Shown here one piece after another: positions 51,428 to 54,348 of a stretch of DNA of 54,348 nucleotides; positions within the stretch are counted from its first letter, which is position 1, and every line of letters starts with the position of its first letter. A program made the position numbers and the translations under genes. Under the pieces are notes generated by a model. That model was not told the DNA's origin. It saw only the letters and a program-made list of their open reading frames with translations, and ran no database searches. The stretch lies in the sequence record SRR20825006_183; one strand, given 5' to 3'.

Positions 51428-52472
51428 TCTCAATTATCTAAACTTAGACCTGAACAAAGCTAGGAGGGAGCATTTCGATTTTTTTGCGTGTTACGTGACA
51501 AAAAAACTCTTCGGAACGACTTGCACTAAGTCAAATACTGATTTATCCCACCCAGAGCGCCCAGTTTTTTGTATCGGGAAAGCAATTCAATCATATAATT
51601 TCCAGTATAATGGAATTCTCTTTTTTCAAGTTTTTATAAGACAAAATAATCGACTTGAAAAGCTTTTAACGGGTACGCCAATTGAACTTTTCGAGGTTCA
51701 AGAAGAATTCAAGTTGTTAGTTGACGGTCATTTCGGCATTTCGACTTACGAAGATTATCATGATCTCTCCGAAAATAAGAGACATTTATACATAGATAAA
51801 GATGTCCATAGCTTCTTTCAGGATGTGAACGCAATTTTTAATTATTCAAGATTATCAAAGAATAAACACTACTCATCGTACGTACTAACAGAAAATCTTG
51901 GTGTTCGATCGTGTGTATATTGCAATCGAACCTATTCAATTACTCATAAAAAAAAGAATGGAGGGCGTCTAATGAACCCACAATTGGATCATTGGTTTCC
52001 TCAGTATAAGTTTCCATTACTTCAAATCTCGTTTCATAACTTAATTCCCAGTTGTGACATTTGTAATGGACGCATCAAAAACGGAGGTGTTTTTAATCTG
52101 GCGGATCACCATCATCCTTATCAAGAGTTTGAAGAAGAGATACATTTTAATTATCGATATATTTCAAGAGATCAGCTAAAAGTATATTTTTCGAAGGCTT
52201 CGTCTCCTAAATTAAAACGGACTAGCGAAGCATTATTTATTGATGAAATGTATGATGCTCATCATTACGAACTGAAGGATTTGATTAAAATGCGTGATGC
52301 TTATTCTCCTGAATACTTAAAAAAGTTAAAGCAATCCTTTCCAGGTGCAAAATTGTCGGATAAGGAGGTTTATCGCCTTGCATTCGGTATCGAAATGGAC
52401 ATAAAAGACTTCCACAAACGTCCAATGAGTAAATTCAAACACGATATTTTAAAAGAATTAGATATTATCTAA
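51420..52472 (+). CDS. HNH endonuclease, Septu PtuB-like
   Basis: [32 protein letters not shown] motifs; overlaps the ATPase stop by 8 bp. Confidence 0.85.
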   Translation: MLNLNYLNLDLNKARREHFDFFACYVTKKLFGTTCTKSNTDLSHPERPVFCIGKAIQSYNFQYNGILFFQVFIRQNNRLEKLLTGTPIELFEVQEEFKLLVDGHFGISTYEDYHDLSENKRHLYIDKDVHSFFQDVNAIFNYSRLSKNKHYSSYVLTENLGVRSCVYCNRTYSITHKKKNGGRLMNPQLDHWFPQYKFPLLQISFHNLIPSCDICNGRIKNGGVFNLADHHHPYQEFEEEIHFNYRYISRDQLKVYFSKASSPKLKRTSEALFIDEMYDAHHYELKDLIKMRDAYSPEYLKKLKQSFPGAKLSDKEVYRLAFGIEMDIKDFHKRPMSKFKHDILKELDII

Positions 52473-52474
52473 CC

Positions 52475-52597
52475 ATGCAAACACAAAAACACTCCGTTAA
52501 CCAACACCTAATCGAAACCCTCCTAGTCTGGGTCAGAAGTGGTGAAATTGCTATCTCAGAAATCCAAGCTCAATTCCTTAGGGATCCTGCTCAATAA
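52475..52597 (+). pseudogene. 5' fragment of a DUF262 (GmrSD-like type IV restriction) gene, copy 1 (40 codons, then stop)
   Basis: [40 protein letters not shown]; homologous to 53230 onward; absent from the ORF track. Confidence 0.8.
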
Positions 52598-52649
52598 CGC
52601 GATCAAATAAGCTTCTAATTTATTAAATAATTGACCTAAAACTATTAAT

Positions 52650-53222
52650 TTGAACTATTTACACGATTTCGAAAAGCTCCATATAAGTACGAAAACATCC
52701 TTACTTACAATTTTGGGCACCTTACCATTTTTCTATATTTCTATCTACTTGTTCAAGCCGGATATGATACAAATTATAGAAGGGAATCCATTCGCCAATT
52801 TTCATTTCTATTATCTGATCTCAGTTTGTCTCGTGCTTTCAGTGATGTGGTATTTGATGAACTTGATACTAGGGATTCGTACAGCAGAGTACGTAGTCAA
52901 AAAGAAGGAAAGAATACGTCGAGAAAAAGATGATAACCGCAAAAAGGAAGGAAATCCTTCTGCTGTGTTTGATCAAATATTTAAACGAGCCGCCGCTTCT
53001 AGCGAACAAAGAAAACGTGAAAAGGAACTTGAATTGAAACTATCATTTACTGTATCATTTATCTATTCCTTATTTTATTTATCAATCGCTATTTTCTTGA
53101 ATAAGGAATTGTTACAACTTGATTTTAAATGGTTTATATTTTCTTGCTTTGGATTTGTCGTATTTAGAATGTTCGTTATATGGATCGGAATGAAGATTAC
53201 TGAAGAATCAGACAATAATTAA
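52650..53222 (+). CDS. Hypothetical ~4-TM membrane protein
   Basis: Two TM pairs around a highly charged loop; TTG start (an in-frame ATT at 52644 is also possible). Confidence 0.7.
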   Translation: MNYLHDFEKLHISTKTSLLTILGTLPFFYISIYLFKPDMIQIIEGNPFANFHFYYLISVCLVLSVMWYLMNLILGIRTAEYVVKKKERIRREKDDNRKKEGNPSAVFDQIFKRAAASSEQRKREKELELKLSFTVSFIYSLFYLSIAIFLNKELLQLDFKWFIFSCFGFVVFRMFVIWIGMKITEESDNN

Positions 53223-53229
53223 ACTAAAC

Positions 53230-53495
53230 ATGCAAACACAAAAATACTCCGTCAACCAACACCCATCGAAACCCTACTTGTTTGGGGCAAAAGTGGCGAA
53301 ATCGCCATCCCTGAAATCCAGCGCACTTTCGTGTGGGATTCTTCCAAAGTCCGAGACCTCATGGACAGTCCCTAGCAAGGCCCTGTCGGCTACGTCATCA
53401 CTTGGCTCAACCCGAACGTTCATCTCAAGGATGGTTCTACCGCAGTCGGAAAGAAAATACTAATCGACGGGCAACAGCGTGTAACTGAGCTCACG
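53230..53495 (+). pseudogene. 5' fragment of a DUF262 (GmrSD-like) gene, copy 2; frameshifted, nonsense codon, truncated
   Basis: Correcting a 1-nt deletion at ~53264 gives [85 protein letters not shown], with the DUF262 QR and DGQQR motifs; TAG at 53373-53375. Confidence 0.88.
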
Positions 53496-53537
53496 ACCAG
53501 TCTTACAATGAGAATATTCATCAAGGTAATGTCTTTC

Positions 53538-54233
53538 TCATTTCCCAAAATTGAACCCCACTCCGAAGCGCAGGGATAAATCAAATCTGTGTGGATATTC
53601 TTCATAATTGTACACTTCTTGAATTCGCTCAATCGCCTTTCTATCCGATAAATACATAAATCCTATCAGGTCGAGTTTTGAGAATATCGTTAACCATTCC
53701 ATTGGCGAGTATTCAATTCCTGCTCTTGTATTTAGACCAAGATCGTTCACCATTCTACTTTCGAGGAGAGATTCATAGAAGTTGGAACCTCCGAAATAAC
53801 CATAATTTACAACCACTGATTCCTGTCCTGTTCGGAAATTGATACCACCTCCATAGGTGAAAATAAAATTATCACTTATGGACAATGATCTTTCGTATGT
53901 AAGATTGAAAGTATTATAATCTCTTGCTGAGACTACATTTGTAAGAAGATTAGGATGAACATTTCTATACTTCTCAAAATAGAGCATGTACTCTATCGAG
54001 ATTGAACTATTCGCCGTGATTCTTCTTTGATATCCCACTCCTAATGAATTGTATAATAGCCCAGAAAAAGGTTTAATTTCATTGTTAAGGTACTTTGTAT
54101 TCATAATCGGAGTCTGGTCAAAAAAACTATGAAACAGTCCTGTTTGGATAATTATACTATTCGTTTTTTGACAATAAAGTTTGCTCGGAGCTAACGCTCC
54201 AAGCAAACAAAGGATAAGTAACAATTTATTCAT
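53538..54233 (-). CDS. Outer-membrane beta-barrel protein
   Basis: Signal peptide + Q, alternating strands, C-terminal RFGVGFNF. Confidence 0.8.
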   Translation of the reverse strand: MNKLLLILCLLGALAPSKLYCQKTNSIIIQTGLFHSFFDQTPIMNTKYLNNEIKPFSGLLYNSLGVGYQRRITANSSISIEYMLYFEKYRNVHPNLLTNVVSARDYNTFNLTYERSLSISDNFIFTYGGGINFRTGQESVVVNYGYFGGSNFYESLLESRMVNDLGLNTRAGIEYSPMEWLTIFSKLDLIGFMYLSDRKAIERIQEVYNYEEYPHRFDLSLRFGVGFNFGK

Positions 54234-54235
54234 TG

Positions 54236-54348
54236 CTATTTTTGAACAATTACGCGTTTTACAATTTTGCTTCCATTAAAATCAAACCCTACCAAATACA
54301 CTCCATTAGCAAATTCAGACAAGTCACTGTATGACAAATTAATCCTGC
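54236..54348 (-). CDS. 3' end of a T9SS-secreted protein (type A sorting domain), partial
   Basis: Minus frame reads RINLSYSDLSEFANGVYLVGFDFNGSKIVKRVIVQK*, matching the CTD GxY...K.i..K pattern; absent from the ORF track. Confidence 0.8.
   Translation of the reverse strand, partial: RINLSYSDLSEFANGVYLVGFDFNGSKIVKRVIVQK

Noticed and set aside
45175-52472. Retron-Septu (msr/msd ncRNA plus RT)
   Set aside because: No reverse transcriptase (YADD-type) ORF is in the window. The inverted repeat at 45347-45482 is about 3.7 kb from the ATPase and separated from it by other genes and a terminator.
53230-53463. ORF-track 77-aa protein [16 protein letters not shown]...
   Set aside because: Out-of-frame read-through of the frameshifted DUF262 pseudogene; only the first 11 residues are real.
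1-54348. CRISPR array, tRNA, rRNA, IS or prophage genes
   Set aside because: No regularly spaced repeats, cloverleaf or rRNA-like sequence, and no transposase, integrase or phage structural motifs found by eye; a short or degenerate element could have been missed.

Overview
Chromosomal segment of a Bacteroidota bacterium, most likely Flavobacteriales (Crocinitomicaceae/Fluviicola-like). This is inferred from TAnnTTTG promoters, A-rich start regions without Shine-Dalgarno, T9SS genes and a fused E1 alpha/beta dehydrogenase. Bases 1-42.6 kb are mostly housekeeping: a DUF5723/TSP3 outer-membrane protein, rnhB, a split MarR-linked beta-oxidation set (marR, fadN, four-helix-bundle gene, fadA, plus a distant acyl-CoA dehydrogenase with a matching operator), dbpA, an S9 peptidase, an lpxD-like gene, a PP2C phosphatase, a PorV-like/C25 PorU-like T9SS pair, pssA, purS and rplM-rpsI-rpsB-tsf. 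After the tsf terminator an accessory region begins. It holds an HEXXH lipoprotein with a partner lipoprotein and a long, probably structured leader, then an AT-rich defence-like island. The island contains a translationally coupled four-gene operon: two membrane proteins, a PtuA-like ABC ATPase and a PtuB-like HNH nuclease (Septu-like). After it come two diverged 5' fragments of a DUF262/GmrSD gene that bracket another membrane-protein gene, suggesting repeated gene accretion at the gmrSD start. No rRNA, tRNA, CRISPR array, integrase, transposase or reverse transcriptase was recognised. All family assignments come from motif recognition, not database searches.
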